Positions 37,101-50,854 are shown, counted from the first letter of the stretch. The stretch is 64,000 nucleotides of DNA from the human T2T-CHM13v2.0 reference genome, Homo sapiens (GCA_009914755.4 CP086569.2:8864001-8928000), one strand, 5' to 3'. Translations and numbers: made by a program. Notes: generated by a model not told the origin, from the sequence alone.

Positions 37101-38483
37101 TTCGAGACTGTGAGGTGGTCGCTGGAGATGGCTCTTCTGTCTCCATTCCTGAAAGAGTCTGTGTGCAAGAATCAGGTCCGATGGGGATTGGAAGAGTCTG
37201 ATGAGTTGTTGAGGGTTCTTTATGTGATGGAATCATACCTAAGACCTCAGAGTTGAAAGGTGCTGGGCACTTCACCTCACTGCCTCCCTTCATCCTCGGC
37301 CTCACAGGGCCTATCTGGGAAAGGCAGGAACCACGACATAGGCAAATCCAAGGTTGAGCAGTGTTCTCTCACCTTGATCTGGCCTCGCTTGTGGGCAGAT
37401 GAGCTTGTGACAGTGTCTAAGAGGCCATCTGTGGCGATGGCAAGCCTGAAAAAGGTGTCCAGTAATGTTATTGATGGGCAATGTGGACACCCCAGGAAAG
37501 CAAAGAAAAATCAATGCTCACCTATGAGAATGAGCTGCCTTGTGCTGGAGTCCAAGCAACGTTCAACGATTCTTGTCAGAGGACCCAAAATCCTCCTTCA
37601 AAGTGCAAATATCCTCAGCCCCCAAGACGCAACCAGGACCCACAACCTGGAGTTCAGCCAGTCTATCTGAAGTCCCATTTCCTCTCTGAAATCCCTGGAA
37701 GCCAAAAGATCTGTGGTGAGAGTAGTTCCATCCAGCAACAGCCCAGTGAAGGAGCCCTGTGACAATGAGAAAGGATGTGCACATGAAATGAAACAGAGCC
37801 TAGATAACGAGGCAAATGTTAGACACTGTTACCTGCTTCTCATCCTACAGGAATTGTGCCACCCTCCGATAGAAGTGGGAGATGAGTTGTTTCCCTGTTG
37901 GTGGCTGTGTGGGAATTTACATTTTAAAACTATCAAAGCTGTCCAGCCATCTAAAACATGAGTGTTAAGAAGGAAACACTTATGCAATGAATTCCCATGA
38001 GGGTCATCCTTCATGAACTGGGAAATGTTTTGTGTGGAAGATGGTGAACCAGACCAAGGAAACCCTAATTCGATGAGGAACACAAAGTCAGAAAATGAAG
38101 AGGCAAGTGTGGAGGCCACATCCCACCCACATCAATCCATCCCACTCCCATTTGGCCCTGGGTATGAAAATCATCAAAGTGCAAAACCCCAGTTTGCACT
38201 CCATATGTTAATGGCAGGTTGGAGAATACCCACTTGAACACAGGGCCATGGTGTGGGCTGCTTGTGCAATCAACGGAATGTGGGGATGCAGGTGGAAGCA
38301 ACTTCTGTGTCATCTGTCCTCACCTTTTTTTCAGGTGCAGGTGTGGGACACAATCCACACCACACCAGATTGTATCCCTTTCCCTATCAGACCTTATTGC
38401 TGCTCACACTCTCTGTCCCAGAATGAAATCCCAAGATGGTGAAGTAGTGTCCCCTCATGACGTTAAGCACCTGCCTGGCTGGT
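31168..38483 (-). repeat. Macrosatellite array continued (reverse orientation, ~3 units; CA-tracts at ~31750, 33930, 36400). The unit around 33130-33200 carries a ~370-bp internal deletion. The array ends at ~38483.
   Basis: 31170-31400 ~ 6800-7010; 35470-35600 ~ 6500-6640; 37930-38480 ~ 13830-14400. After ...aagcacctgcctggctgg at ~38480 the sequence no longer matches the unit. Confidence 0.85.
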
Positions 38484-39299
38484 CTGACATATTGATTAAT
38501 CATACTTATAATTGTTTACATTCATTGTAAAACACAATGTTTCATTTTTCTTCCTTATTCCCCACCATTTATTTTCTTCTCATATTAGTTACAGTTTGTA
38601 ACTTATTTTGTTAAATATATACAATGAAGTAACACTGCAGTATTGCAGAAAGCACACTGCATTGGAAACAGACTCATATTGAAACAGGAAAATATTTCTT
38701 ATCCCCCACTGCTGGGCAAGAAATTAGGACAGGTTGTGGGGCTCTGACCCCAGGCAGCATCCAGGGGTGAATTTTTACAGCTCCTGAATCCCCACTGGGC
38801 ATATGTTACACGGCGTTAATTTAGTTTATTCATCTGTAGGCAGGTTGTGTTAGCTCAATTAGACACCCTGCCTTACTGCAAGGACAGAGGGCTTTCTGGA
38901 TCCCTGGATTTCCTGCCTTGATGTAATTGAAGAACTGGCTCACACGTGGGCTTCTACAGTAAGTGCAAGGTTTCATTGAGTGGAAGTTCTCAGCAGATGA
39001 ATGGGGAGCTAGAAAGGAGATGGAGTGAGAAGGTGCTTTTCCCCTGGAATGGGGCAGCTCAGCGATCTCCTCTCACAGCCCCGAGGAACTCCGTGTTCTT
39101 CTGTGGTGAATAGCCTACCACCTCCATCCTTGTCCTCTCCTTTCTCTGGCGTCTTCTTGGGGTCCAGTTGCTGTGTCTTTGTCTGCTGATGGTTCCTGTC
39201 GATGTCCAGCTGCTCTGTCTGTGCCTGCTAGGGTCTCAGGGATTCTTATAGAAGATGATGGGGGTATGGCAGGCCAGGGTGGTCTTGGAAAGTGCAACA

Positions 39300-39345
39300 C
39301 TTGGGCAAAACAAAAACAAAACAAAACAAAAAACAAAAAAACAGA
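39300..39345. repeat. (CAAAA)n simple repeat
   Basis: Reads caaaacaaaaacaaaacaaaacaaaaaacaaaaaaac. Confidence 0.9.
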
Positions 39346-40689
39346 AGGGCATGTCCTCACCAATTTGGGCAAGAAAACAGAAGTGTGTGTCCTCATCTAG
39401 GTCAGTGAGCACAGGCCTGAGGGTGGATCCCTAGCCAAGAATCACACCCTCCTCTACCAGACACTTCCCTGCCCCCCTTCCATATCAATATTTTTTAAAT
39501 TTAAAACTCCAAAAATAGTACCCAGATCCTTTAGAGAAGACAATTGGAGAAGATGGCATTAGAAGAACCAGACTAGGATTAGGGTCACTACATAGAAAAT
39601 GGAAACACAGATGGCATGTCCTGCAGGCCATGGAATTACTGTGGAAAGATATCCCCTACTGAGAAGGAAAGGGAAACAAACAGGCTTCTCTCATCTTTTT
39701 CTCTAATCTCTGCAGTATCACCCCTTGACTGACCTAAAATAGGGAGTAAATTTTATGGGAGCCTAGGAAATGTGCCTCCCAGGGGTCAGGCATCTCTATA
39801 ACAGAATAGTGCCAGGGAGAGGTGAGTGATGTATCTGTGGGCATACAAACCCAGGACCTCACACAAAGGAGTATCAGAGAGAAATATAGTATGAAGAGAT
39901 TAAGAGAGAAGTAGTATCAGGAATGATTCATGCATGATATTTGTGAAGAGGACAAAAAGTAAAACAGAGCTTATGAGGTAGTAAACATAATAAGAACATA
40001 AACAAAAGCAGGCAAAATTGTAAAGTCCAGGGTATTAACTTTCCTTTATAGGATTTTGAAAATCCCTTGCAGAATCCCTTTCCCAATAGCTTCCTTTCAT
40101 AGATTCATTCAAGAAATATTTAGTGAGCTAGTATGGTCTAAGAATTGGTCAGATGGCATCATGTGCATTGTTAGTACTTCTTTTGATAGAAAGAATGTTT
40201 CTTTTTTTCTACAATGTTTTCCTCCCAAACATTCTTCATGGAAATTTGAATCCTTACTGATCCAGTCAATTGTTCCTGCCCTAAGAATGGTCCCCAAACC
40301 CCTGCAAACCCCGTTAAGAACTTCATTCCTCTCCAACTAAGTTACTAAATTGTGTCTATTGTAACACTTGTCAGAGTACATTGCAATTATCGCTGTTCTC
40401 TTTATTCTCCAATTAAACTATGAATATTTTGAAGGAAATGTCTATAAACACAATGGCCTGTCATTTGTCAATACTTATTGTACCAAAGGTTATTAGATAT
40501 TTACATATAATATTATAACATATTTATCCTAATTTTTGGAAAACAATATAAACAATGTTCACTGCCCATTCCCCATGAACTGCTCAACTTTAAACAATGT
40601 CTATGCTTTGGAGCAATTGTACAAACTTCCAAAGAACACCGGAAAGTGTTTTTATTTTGTTTGACTTTGTTCTGTTATATTGAATTATT

Positions 40690-40955
40690 TTGTAGAAACA
40701 AAGTCTTGCCCTGTGGCCCAGGCTGAAGTGCAGTGTGCAATCACAGCCCACTGCAACATTGAACTCCTGAGTGAATAGAAAAATAGGTGTGTGCCATCAT
40801 GCCCAATTTAATTAATTAATTAATTAGTTACTTTTGTAGAGACTGGTCTTGCTATGTTGCCTGTGCTAGTCTCAAACTCTGGGTTTGAAGCAATTCTCCC
40901 TTCTCAGCCTCCCAAAGAGCTGTGATTCCAGGCATGAACCACCAGATCTCAAAGA
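40690..40955 (-). mobile_element. Alu (old, J-like), reverse orientation, with a 6-copy (taat)n/(aatt)n tract in its middle
   Basis: Reads gaaacaaagtcttgccctgtggcccaggctgaagtgcagtg...ctcagcctcccaaagagctgtgattccaggcatgaaccacc. Confidence 0.85.
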
Positions 40956-41214
40956 GGAAATTTTAGATTTTACAATATTGCAATATGTTAGACTTCATTT
41001 CTTCTTTCAATTTTGCATTTGCAGAAGCACTTGAGAATAATTATTTCTTATGGTGAGAGGGTGATTTCTCATATTTGGTCAACAAATTTTGAAATCGTTA
41101 TTTTGTTTACTGAAACCCTAATAACTGGTAGTCAAGTCAGCTGAAAGTCAAGTACATGAGTGTTTTTGTGTTGAGGTTTTGAAGACAAATGTAGAGAGAT
41201 ATTAAGAACCAAAG

Positions 41215-41220
<6 letters not shown>

Positions 41221-41245
<25 letters not shown>

Positions 41246-41246
41246 G
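41221..41246. repeat. (TA)n simple repeat
   Basis: Reads atatatatatatatatatatatatat. Confidence 0.95.
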
Positions 41247-41325
41247 CTAAAGCTTCATCCTTGTAGGTGAGGCATCATACATGGCAAGGATAGTTTTATA
41301 AAATACCATGAAATACATAATTTAG

Positions 41326-41392
41326 TAACCAATTCAGCACTTGAAATTTCCCAACTTAGTAACCAATTCAGCACTTGAAATTTCCCAACTTT
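41326..41392. repeat. Local tandem duplication of a ~34-bp motif (agtaaccaattcagcacttgaaatttcccaact x2)
   Basis: Direct repeat visible in the sequence. Confidence 0.85.
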
Positions 41393-43182
41393 GTATTCAC
41401 CAGGAGTTAATGATGTATGGCACTTATAGTAAGTAAATTAAGGTTTGAATTGCTGTTATTTAAGTCATTGCTCAGCTAATCATTTAAGGTATCAAAGATT
41501 TTTACTTGTGCAATATCATAAACGCTGGACATTAAATATTAATCACTAGGATTTATGTATCTAAGAGCTACCATCTAATGTGATATTCTTCAGTAAGTTG
41601 ACAGCAATAATTATGCTGAAAAATAGTCATTCCCATAGTGTGAGTCATTACAGCAATTTCCATCTGAGGATTTCATAGTCAGAGTCCAGATCTGGGCAAC
41701 AGTGATTAATATAAAGGTTTTTAATGAGAAGAGATTTTGATATATCTAGCTGTGTTTAGATGTCAGTGCCTTGAATGGATGGGTTTGGTATTAATAAGAA
41801 AGGGTGCATTGGACTGGATACTAAGAAACGTATTGAATTGTTTCTCTTGTTCTCCATAACATGAAAGGTAAATCAGAGATATAGAAACAATGGAAAATTT
41901 CACAGAATGGCCTGACATTTCACTGCACTTTTATTTTTTTTAGCCACTTACAAATTCTTTAAACATACAAAGGTAGGACTGTTACAGGAAAAAAGTGTTG
42001 GTGTGAGAAGTCACAATCCACAGCAAAGTAATAGTCTGTTGTGGATGGCACCTTGAGTGCTGAATTAGAGTGAGAATCAACTTTCAGGCTGCCAACCTGG
42101 GACAAGGAGAATGAAGCTATCAGCAGTTAACATTATTGGATCAATTAAAGTGAATGTCAACAGAGATTTTGTTGATTTTACATCAAATTGAGTATAGGAC
42201 TTCAAATTGATTATTTGATAAGGATAAACTCTTACCAAATTTCCCACATGAAAAATTGAGAACTAAAAGATTACACAACCCATACATTATGAGTATCTCA
42301 TATAAATTTAATATACACATGTGCTAACTTACAGTGTGCAAATATTTGTCTATATCTAAATATATCCAAATCCATTGATGAACAGTTAGAAATTTAGAAA
42401 TTATTCTCCCATTTTAACTTTCCCTTTCCTAGAATTTTGTCACAAATATAATTTTTCCCTCTGTTTGAAGCCTACTCTCTGGAGGCATGTAATATATGGA
42501 TACAGTAAAGCCATGAGATATTACAGGGTTTGTATCAGAGAAAATAATAAAACTGGTGTTATAAAAGATCCACTGTAAGGAGAATTTTATACTTCACATG
42601 ACTACGAATACAGAAGTGTTATTTCATTGAAAGCTGATATCAGTCAATACAATTTGTTTTTAATGTTTTGTTTAAAATACTTAATCTCAAAAGGATTATT
42701 TGAGTAATGTTATTGGTAATAAATAACGATTAAGAATTTCCTTTCATTTGTTGATTATTTAAAATGCAAGTAAAATACTAAAAAGTACTGTATAATGTAG
42801 TTTCATGATGCATTCTCTGTGGTTTTTGTAAAATTAATAGCCTCAATGGAATTTTTTGACACAGAGAAATTTCCTTATTTCATTATTGTACTTTCACTTT
42901 ATTACTTGCTTGCATATCATAACTGATGGAAATAAAATATTTTTATTTACACATATACAAAGCATGGAATTTTATGTTTTCTAGTGAGAAAAAGTCACCA
43001 ATAATTTTATCAGTATAGGAAAATTTTGATATGCCCAAAGTTCTTAACTTTCTTTTCTTTAGAAGTTTCATATTTCAGTCTAGGTATGAGATGGAATTGA
43101 CTGTGATCATTGTTTTTATTTCACTGTGACTACTGAGTTTCTGATACAGTGATACTAATGTATAGACTTAAAAGCTTGCCTC

Positions 43183-43245
43183 CTCCTCCTCCTCCTTCTT
43201 CTTCTTCTCCTCCTCCTCATCCTCCTCCTCCCCGCTTTGGACCTG
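43183..43245. repeat. (CCT)n/(CTT)n simple repeat
   Basis: Reads cctcctcctcctccttcttcttcttctcctcctcctcatcctcctcctcc. Confidence 0.95.
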
Positions 43246-44289
43246 TCCATGTGATTTCTGCAGTAATATGCACCGTTATCTGAAATAAGGTTACTAAAAG
43301 GTACAAGCATAAGTGGAATTCTTTATTTTTATGAACCTTTAGGAACAGACAAGTAAAACTGAAACATAGTTGTGATATGAATTTAAGTCTGCAGTTTCTC
43401 ACAGAAGTCCAAAAGGGTGAAAATAAATTTAAAAATGCATGCCTCATCCAAAACATCATGTAGAATAATGAAAAATTTAATTTGACATAAATACCAATTT
43501 AAAAGTTATAATTATTTCAGGTGAGAGAAAGTAGCACTAAAAATCCTATTTTTCCTGTTTAAGTACATAACTATTACTGTATCTTCAGGCCTTAAAAAGT
43601 GTTAAGTTTAACTTAAGCAACAACTTTCTGGCAATTTCTAACAATGAGTGCATCATCTTAGAATTTCTCCAAGAATTTTTTGGGAGAAATATAATCAAAT
43701 TTTGCTCTGTAAACAATTGAATTAATCAATAGAATTATTGACTGTAGTCTTGAAATTTCATTGTCCTTCTCTTTTCAGTTTTTACATATTCTATTTAAAG
43801 TTCAAAATCCCCTAGGAAAAATATGATAAATAACAATGACTGAAAAAGTTGAGAAACAAAAACTGAGCAGCAGACACATTTCAGGCTTTCCTTTATGAGA
43901 ATGCTACACTAACCATGTAATATACACAATATAAATCACTGTGAGAAAAAAAAACATTTGTGTAGCTACTTGACAGTTTATACAGTAACAGCAAATATTC
44001 TCACTTGAACTTCAAAAGGGTTTTTAAGCTTGTGTTTCATAAATGAGGAAAATGTGGTTTGTATTTCCTGTATTTGCCTATTACAGCAGTTATCACACTT
44101 ATTATTCCTCATTTATCTCTGTGCCTGTAACAACTGCACTCTCAGAAGAGCAAGGACCATGTTTTTCTGAGCTTCTTGCAGACTGCCAGGCTTATTGTGG
44201 CATTTAGAAACTATCCGCTGAATGTTTGTGACATTTTCATGCGAGTTAGATTCTAGGCCACTTGATACTAATCTTCTATTTAATATTTG

Positions 44290-44975
44290 GGTTTGGAGAG
44301 CTATTTTTCCTTTTCAGTTTTTTTTTCTTTTATCTTTTTTTTCTTTTTTTATTATAAATTAAGTTTTAGGGTACATGTGCACATTGTGCAGGTTAGTTAC
44401 ATATGTACACATGTGCCATGCTGGTGCACTGCACCCACTAACTCATCATCTAGCATTAGGTGTATCTCCCAATGCCATCCCTCCCCCCTCCCCCCACCCC
44501 ACAACAGTCCCCGGAGTGTGATATTCCCCTTCCTGTGTCCATTTTTTCCTTTTTTTATTATACTTTAAGTTCTAGGGTATATGTTCACAACATACAGGTT
44601 TGTTACATAGGGATACATGTGCCATGTTGGTTTACTGCACACATCAACTCATTATTTACATTAGGTATTTCTCCTAACGCTATCCCTCCCCAGCCCCGCA
44701 ACCCACTGACTGCCCCGTGTGTGGTGTTCCCCGCCCTGTGTCCATGTGTTCTCATTGTTCAACTCCTACTTATGAGTGAGAACAGGCAGTGTTTGGTTTT
44801 CTGTCCTTGTGATAGTGTGCTTAGTATGATGGTTTTCAGCTTCATCCATGACCTTGGAACCACAAAGAGATACCATCTCATGTCAGTTAGAATGGCAATC
44901 ATTAAAATCAGGAAACAACAGATGTTGGAGAGGATGTGGAGAAATGGGAATGCTTTTAAGATTTTTTTAAAGTAT
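44290..44975 (-). mobile_element. Two adjacent L1 3'-end fragments (L1PA-like) in reverse orientation, the first truncated
   Basis: 44340-44545 and 44548-44975 each contain ttagggtacatgtgcac...gtgccatg(c/t)tggt...ctaa(c/t)gc(t/c)atccctcccc, the reverse complement of the L1 3' end. The second continues into L1 ORF2-end sequence (gtgagaacaggcagtgtttggttttctgtccttgtgatagt...). Confidence 0.85.
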
Positions 44976-47900
44976 ATTTTAAGGATATGCTTATCTGGAC
45001 ATGGAGTGGACAGTGCAGGTCATGGTCAGTGGGACCTCCAAAGGAGGCACCCCATTCAAATTGGAGGTTCTGCAGGAGAGGGCAGCCAGGGTACAGAGCT
45101 CGAAGGCGCCCTTGGGGGAGGAGAAGGTGCTGGTGGTGGACAACGTCATGGTGGTGGTTGAGAAGAAGGCCAACATGGAGCCTGGTGGAGGACCAGCAGA
45201 CACTGCCTGGTCCTGGCCCCAGCACACCCTGGCCAGCCACAGATTCGCTGGAGGTCCTTCACTTGAAGCAGAGTTCCATGAATAACCAGGCCACATGGCC
45301 TGCCCACAGCTGAGAGGGAACCTTTGGCAGAGGTGCCTCCCCCGCCTGGATGGCACAGGGGCCATCAGCCAGGGCATCTCCAGCTTCTGGGCCACAGCCA
45401 CATCTTTGCAGCTGCCCATTCGGAATGACTGGCAGCAGGGGGTGGGCATCTGGCTTCCTGGGGTGGGGAGCAGGGGAGCCAAGCAAGGGGCACACGGGGC
45501 CAACCAGGAGGAAGGGGATGGGGGATAGTGAGGGGATCTGAGGCCAGGGTCCTGCAGATAGGAGGGCAGCTTGCTTGGGGGTGCCCTGAGAGCACGTGGT
45601 AGGGACTGGGAGCCAAGCTCAGCACTCACAAGGGAGAATAGCGGCCCCATGGACCCTTCACGCACAGCAGAAACTTGAAGGGCATGTTTCCATGAGAAAG
45701 TCCTTGGAGGAAGGGGAGTCTGCATGCCCATGCCAGCCATAGAAACCACCCTGGCTGCCCATGTCTGTGGCCAGCAGCCTTACCCCAGAAACACAAGGTG
45801 CTTCAGACTCAGGTTCACGGTGCACGGGGCTGCTGTCATCTGCAAGGCAGGCACCAGCTCCCCAGATAGGCTTTCTTCCTTCTGCCTGCACTGCACCCAA
45901 AGAGCTGTAGGCCCTGGGCATATACAACCTCCGTTGCACATACACCTCCATTACACACATGGGAGCCCCATGGGGAGTGACAGGCACAGCCCTGCAGTCC
46001 CTTCTATCCACAGCAGCTCCATCAAGTGGACATGCCCACCTCTCAGGGAGACCAGAAGAGGGGACTGCACACCTGGACACCCTCAGCAGAGCCAGTCCAG
46101 TATCCAGCACACAATGACCATGTGCAGCTCAGCAACTCTGAAGATACAGCCGCCTCACACAACGGCACCCCACACCCAATCCCCTGCCTACTTGTGCCGC
46201 CCGCTCCTTGTTGGCAGGGGCTTTCTGGGCCTCCCTCCACCCTCCCACAAGACCACCACAACCACTACCATGCCCCCAACACTGGACAGAGACAGGACCA
46301 CGAATGCAGGGTACCAGGTCAAAGGTTTTGGGATAGCCCTGCCAAACACTCTCCCAGCTCTTGCAAAGTTGTGGGGTGTTTCCTGGCATGCCCACCCAAT
46401 CATCTGGAGGTTCCTTGACCAGAGGCAGATTGTGCAGCACACCTACATGTCGGCAGAGTTCAGAAACCATGAGGAAGTCCTGCTAAGTAAGCTACAGGAT
46501 GGATTTGAAGCTCAGGCTGAGGAGCCAGGGTCTGCAGGACGGGTCCAGGGTCCTGTTCAGGTTGAGGTCCTCCTGGGGCACAGGGGTGTCTGAGTGGTAG
46601 AGCTGGGAAGGGGCAACACATGCTTCACCCCAGCCAGCAGGCCCTCAGCCCAGATAGATGAAATGGATCCTTTGAGTCTGTCCTCTTCTTCTTGGCATGG
46701 CAGGTGGAGGAACTCAGTCATCCGGGGTACCGGCAGCAGGATGAAGTGTTCCTTTCATCACTACCTTTATTTCCACAATAAAGTGATCATTAAGGAATAT
46801 CGTGTTCGCATCCTTGGTAAGGAGTGCCTCCTGGTGTGGTAGAGAGGGTGGAGTGTGGGACGCTAGGCCTGGCATGAGCCTTTCTGACTCGTTCCAGGAT
46901 GCAGGGCTTCTGGCTCTAGTGTAGTCCAGTGGTTCTAGAGTCATCAGAAGAAGCCCCACCTTCAGTAAGGACACAGCCTACCTGAGCTTCCTCAGCTAGA
47001 TGGCTGACTGTGACCACTCAGGGTCAGCCAGGACTGCTGAGGCAGGGGCCGCTGTGGGGTGTCATGGGAAAGGACCTTGCTGGTCTTTCCTTGGCATCTT
47101 GGGAACTGGCTTTGAACTATGACCTGACCTTTCACAGACCACTTCCCCACTCCTCCAGATCATCAGTCAGGGCTTCTGACTCAATCCCCTGCAGCACTAC
47201 CTAAGGATTAGGTCCTCAGAGAGGGAACAGAGAGGAGGCCAGGTAAGCAGCCCACAGCTGGGGGCTCAGAGGCCTGTGGGTCCTGCAGCTGTGACACACA
47301 TGGAGAACTCAAGGCTCAGGGAGGAGCCTGCAGTGAGAAATCCCAGCCATCCCTGGACTGGGGCAGAAAAGCCCATCAGGGAACTGTAACACTCATATTT
47401 CAGAATTGGGGAACCTGAAGTGCCTAAGAGGCAGAAGTGGCAAAGGTCAATGGGTGAGAAGCAACGCTCAAGGGATAGCTGTCTCATCATCCTTCTCTGG
47501 CTCCCTTCTATGCCTTGAGGCCTGCTACTACCTGGGGCTCAGTATGGGCTCAACTAGAGTGCACGCAGGGCATGCCTAGGTCTACGTACTTCTAGAATGG
47601 CTATACCAGCCGTGTCATGTTTTGTTTCAATGACCCCAGGCTCCCCTGACATGCTTTATCCCCTCTGCCATCCTCACTCATGCTTCCCCGGCTCTCAAGA
47701 TATTTCCTATGACATTAAAAAATAGACATAAAGTTTTTAAAATGCCTTAATAATATAGATGCAGATAAAAGATTTCATTATAAAAAGTGCTTTTCCTCTT
47801 TACTTGTATCAAAGTCTTTTTCATGATGGGGAAAAGAATGCAACATACTTTGGTAAGTTAAAAAAGCATAAAAGTAAAAATAAATCCTACTGCAGATGAT

Positions 47901-50854
47901 CAATTAAATGGCAGGGGATCTTCTGTGTGTGTCCAGGGAGGGTACGTGGCTGAGCAGTAAGCCTCACCTGAGTATTGGTGTAGACACCCAGTTTCCCTCG
48001 TACCAGTGTGGGTATGGGCACGTTCCAGTTTGCGTGTCCAGCCTGTGTGTCTACGCTGATGCACGCATGTGCACACCTGTGCCTGTGTCCCTTTGTGTAC
48101 CTTGGTTTTGGGAGGGCTGACACTCCTGCCCACAGGTGTGCCTCAAACTCAGCTCTTAAGCTGGCAAGCAGGGTGCCACTGGGTTTGGCAATCCAACTTC
48201 AGGACCCGTGAAGTCTGCATGCTAGGGAGAAGCAAAGAGTCCTCATGGTTCTCACAAATGGCAGAGGGAGGAGGAAAAGGGTGGCTGGCACGAGCTACCT
48301 AGACGAGATGTCATAAACCTGAAATGACACCCAGAGGGATATAAAACCTAGTAGCTGCCTGTGTTTACCTGTGTGTTCGGCCGGGGCATTCAGGTAAGAA
48401 TCAGTGAAACCTGCAGGGCTTTGGGATTCGCTATTCGGGAATCCCTGTGCACCAGAGTCTCTGGCCCATGAGAGAGGACAGCATGTGGGTCCGGCAGGGC
48501 CTGAGTCTCCAGGGAGGCTGGCATTCTCCCCAAGAGGGCATGGGTCGGTAGGTGGAAGAGAAACCTGGGCTGTGGGTTCAGGTAGATGGGACACCTACCA
48601 CTTAGCCAGGTGGGAGCTCAGGAGAGGGCCAGGAGAGCCTAACTGGCCGGTGACACCCCGTCCCAGTGCTGGGTGTGCGCACACGAGCTTTGCCCCATGC
48701 ACCCTCTCCAGGATGCCTCACCTGGGCAGACAGGAAGCAAGGCACACAAGATCCTAAGCTTATGGTCATGAGTGGACCCAGACTGGGGGGTCCCTAGGAT
48801 CACTGTTCCCAGGAGAACCAGGCATGCAGGGTCTCTTCAGGACAGGGGTAAAATGCATAAGCCCTGCTCTCCACCCAGTGAGTGTCATGCCCTGATGATG
48901 TCAGCCATGGCAGATACAGGTCTTCCACCTAGATTGCAGATCCACAGGCTTACAACCTCCCCCTGGCCTTCTCTGGGACAGACCCCTGGACTCTGAAACA
49001 GCCAGTGCCCCAGGACTGTTCCTTCCCCGCCTCCAAGCTCGTGGGAGGCTCAGTGGGGACTCTCCTCCTAGTACATGGCCACCCACAGGCACTGTCAACA
49101 ATCCAGGGCCCTTCTACATTCCAGGGTCCTGCCACCTTACCCAGCAGTGGGATAATGGGGAGGGAAAGAGTGGGAACAGACAGAGCGGGGGCCACAAGCC
49201 TCACCCTCCCACATGGCAAGGGAATGAGGAGATCCTTCTCAGCCCAGGCAGCTGCTTTCAGAACACACACCTGGAAGCCCAGCACCAGCTGAGGGATTCA
49301 CTCTGCCACAGCTGGGCATGGGGGATTTCATTGGGGATTTCATTGTGTGCTGGGGAACTTGATCCTGGTTGCCATACCAGGTGTACCTCTCTTCCAGATC
49401 ACAATATGCTCACACCCTCCTTTACCTGAATGGATTCCTTGTCCTCACCACATGGTGTTAGCTGGAAATGCTACTCCTGGTGCCCCAATTGCTGTTTCAA
49501 GGTGCAGAGACTGACCAGCAGACCCCTGAGTCCTTGTCCTCTTATCCAAGTAATATCCATAGAAATAGTAAAATAGTGGCACATTAGACCTAGTGATAAT
49601 TTTAAGGCTGATCTCTTTATAAGCATTTCATCAATATATTTATGACTTTATCTCGTGTATTTTATTTATAACTGTCATTTCAAATTCAATTTTTGCTCAA
49701 GAGTTATTTTAACATATAGCGAAATGTTCAGAGCTATGATACATAGGTTTCAAGTTTAAAAGTCTGTATCTGCTATGATTTTGGGAAAAACCCACAGAGC
49801 ACTTGTAAAAATAGGTAATTATTAGGCATGACCACTGTAGTGGTTTAAAACACACTTTGAAATTCTTCTCAAACCCATTTGAAAATATTCCTGATGGGAC
49901 TGAACACAGTACTTGCTTGTAATGAATAGAAAACAGTGCAAGCATTTTCGGGATACTGGACCACCTCTGGCCTAGTTTAGAAAAGGTGACACAGCTCTGC
50001 CCAAGTCTCCTGCTCTCATCCCCCTTAGGAGCCCCCGACCAGTACACCACGAAGTCTAACACCCTGATAACACTACACAGAAGGGACATCCAATGGAGAG
50101 ACTCAAAGAAATAGAAAAAGATGTCTGAGGATCTCAGCAGTCCAGCCCCTGCTATTTGAGTCACGCTAGCCATGGCACCAGGGAGATGGGAAGACACCCG
50201 CCAACGTCCCCATCCTTGGCCATCACTAGATTGCAACCTCCTGAGTGCCCCTGAACCATATTCATTTGGCTGAGAGACTGAGGGCGATTGCAGAGACTGA
50301 CAGTTAGTAAATTATAATTATTGTTTAAGCCACTAAGTTTTAGACAATTCTGAAAAGCACTTTAGACTCCTAGAAAAACTGAGTTGTCTACTCATTTAAT
50401 TGCAGAGAGCTGTAAAGGCTAACATCATGAATAATAATAACCTGGAAAAGTCAAATCATCAAGATTCTTCTAAGCACAACAGATCTTTAATGCCCCTTTG
50501 CTATGGCTGAAGAATAATCTAACATACACCTGATAGAGATGTTTGAAAGCCTCTGTTCACATCTCTCGGCAGGGTAAGGGTCAACTCTAGTCTGGTTTAA
50601 TTCTAGGTAACTGCAGCAGTTCACCTTTCATTTTAGGTCATGGCCTATGCTGATTTTTTGATCACTGACTGTGTCTTTGTCTGTGTGTGTGTTTTGTGTG
50701 TTACGATATTTTATCTGAGGATGCTAAATAATAGTACTATAGTTGTTTTGTAAACAAAAAACATTCCAGGAAGTCAGTATTGTTTATAAACTGAGCTTTA
50801 AAACAGATACGAAATTAGACATGGCAAGATGCCATGTCTAGTATCATACCAAAG

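Noticed and set aside
1-38483. Identification of the 2.4-kb repeat as the DAZ 2.4-kb exon-7 repeat, DYZ2, or SST1
   Set aside because: There is no 72-bp DAZ-repeat exon (YPNSPVQVTTGYQLPVYNYQAFPA-type coding) in the units. There is no embedded Alu or AT-rich block as in DYZ2. The units are not CpG-rich like SST1/NBL2/D4Z4. Identity is left open.
47880-48210. Cys-rich short ORFs
   Set aside because: They arise from an imperfect TG/CA-rich low-complexity tract (gtgtgtgtccag...tgtgtgtctacg...), which is a composition artefact.
49709-50236. 175-aa minus-strand ORF
   Set aside because: It has no recognisable domain. The region carries interspersed-repeat-like sequence (e.g. ...gtttaagccactaagtttt...), so it is probably an old TE fragment.
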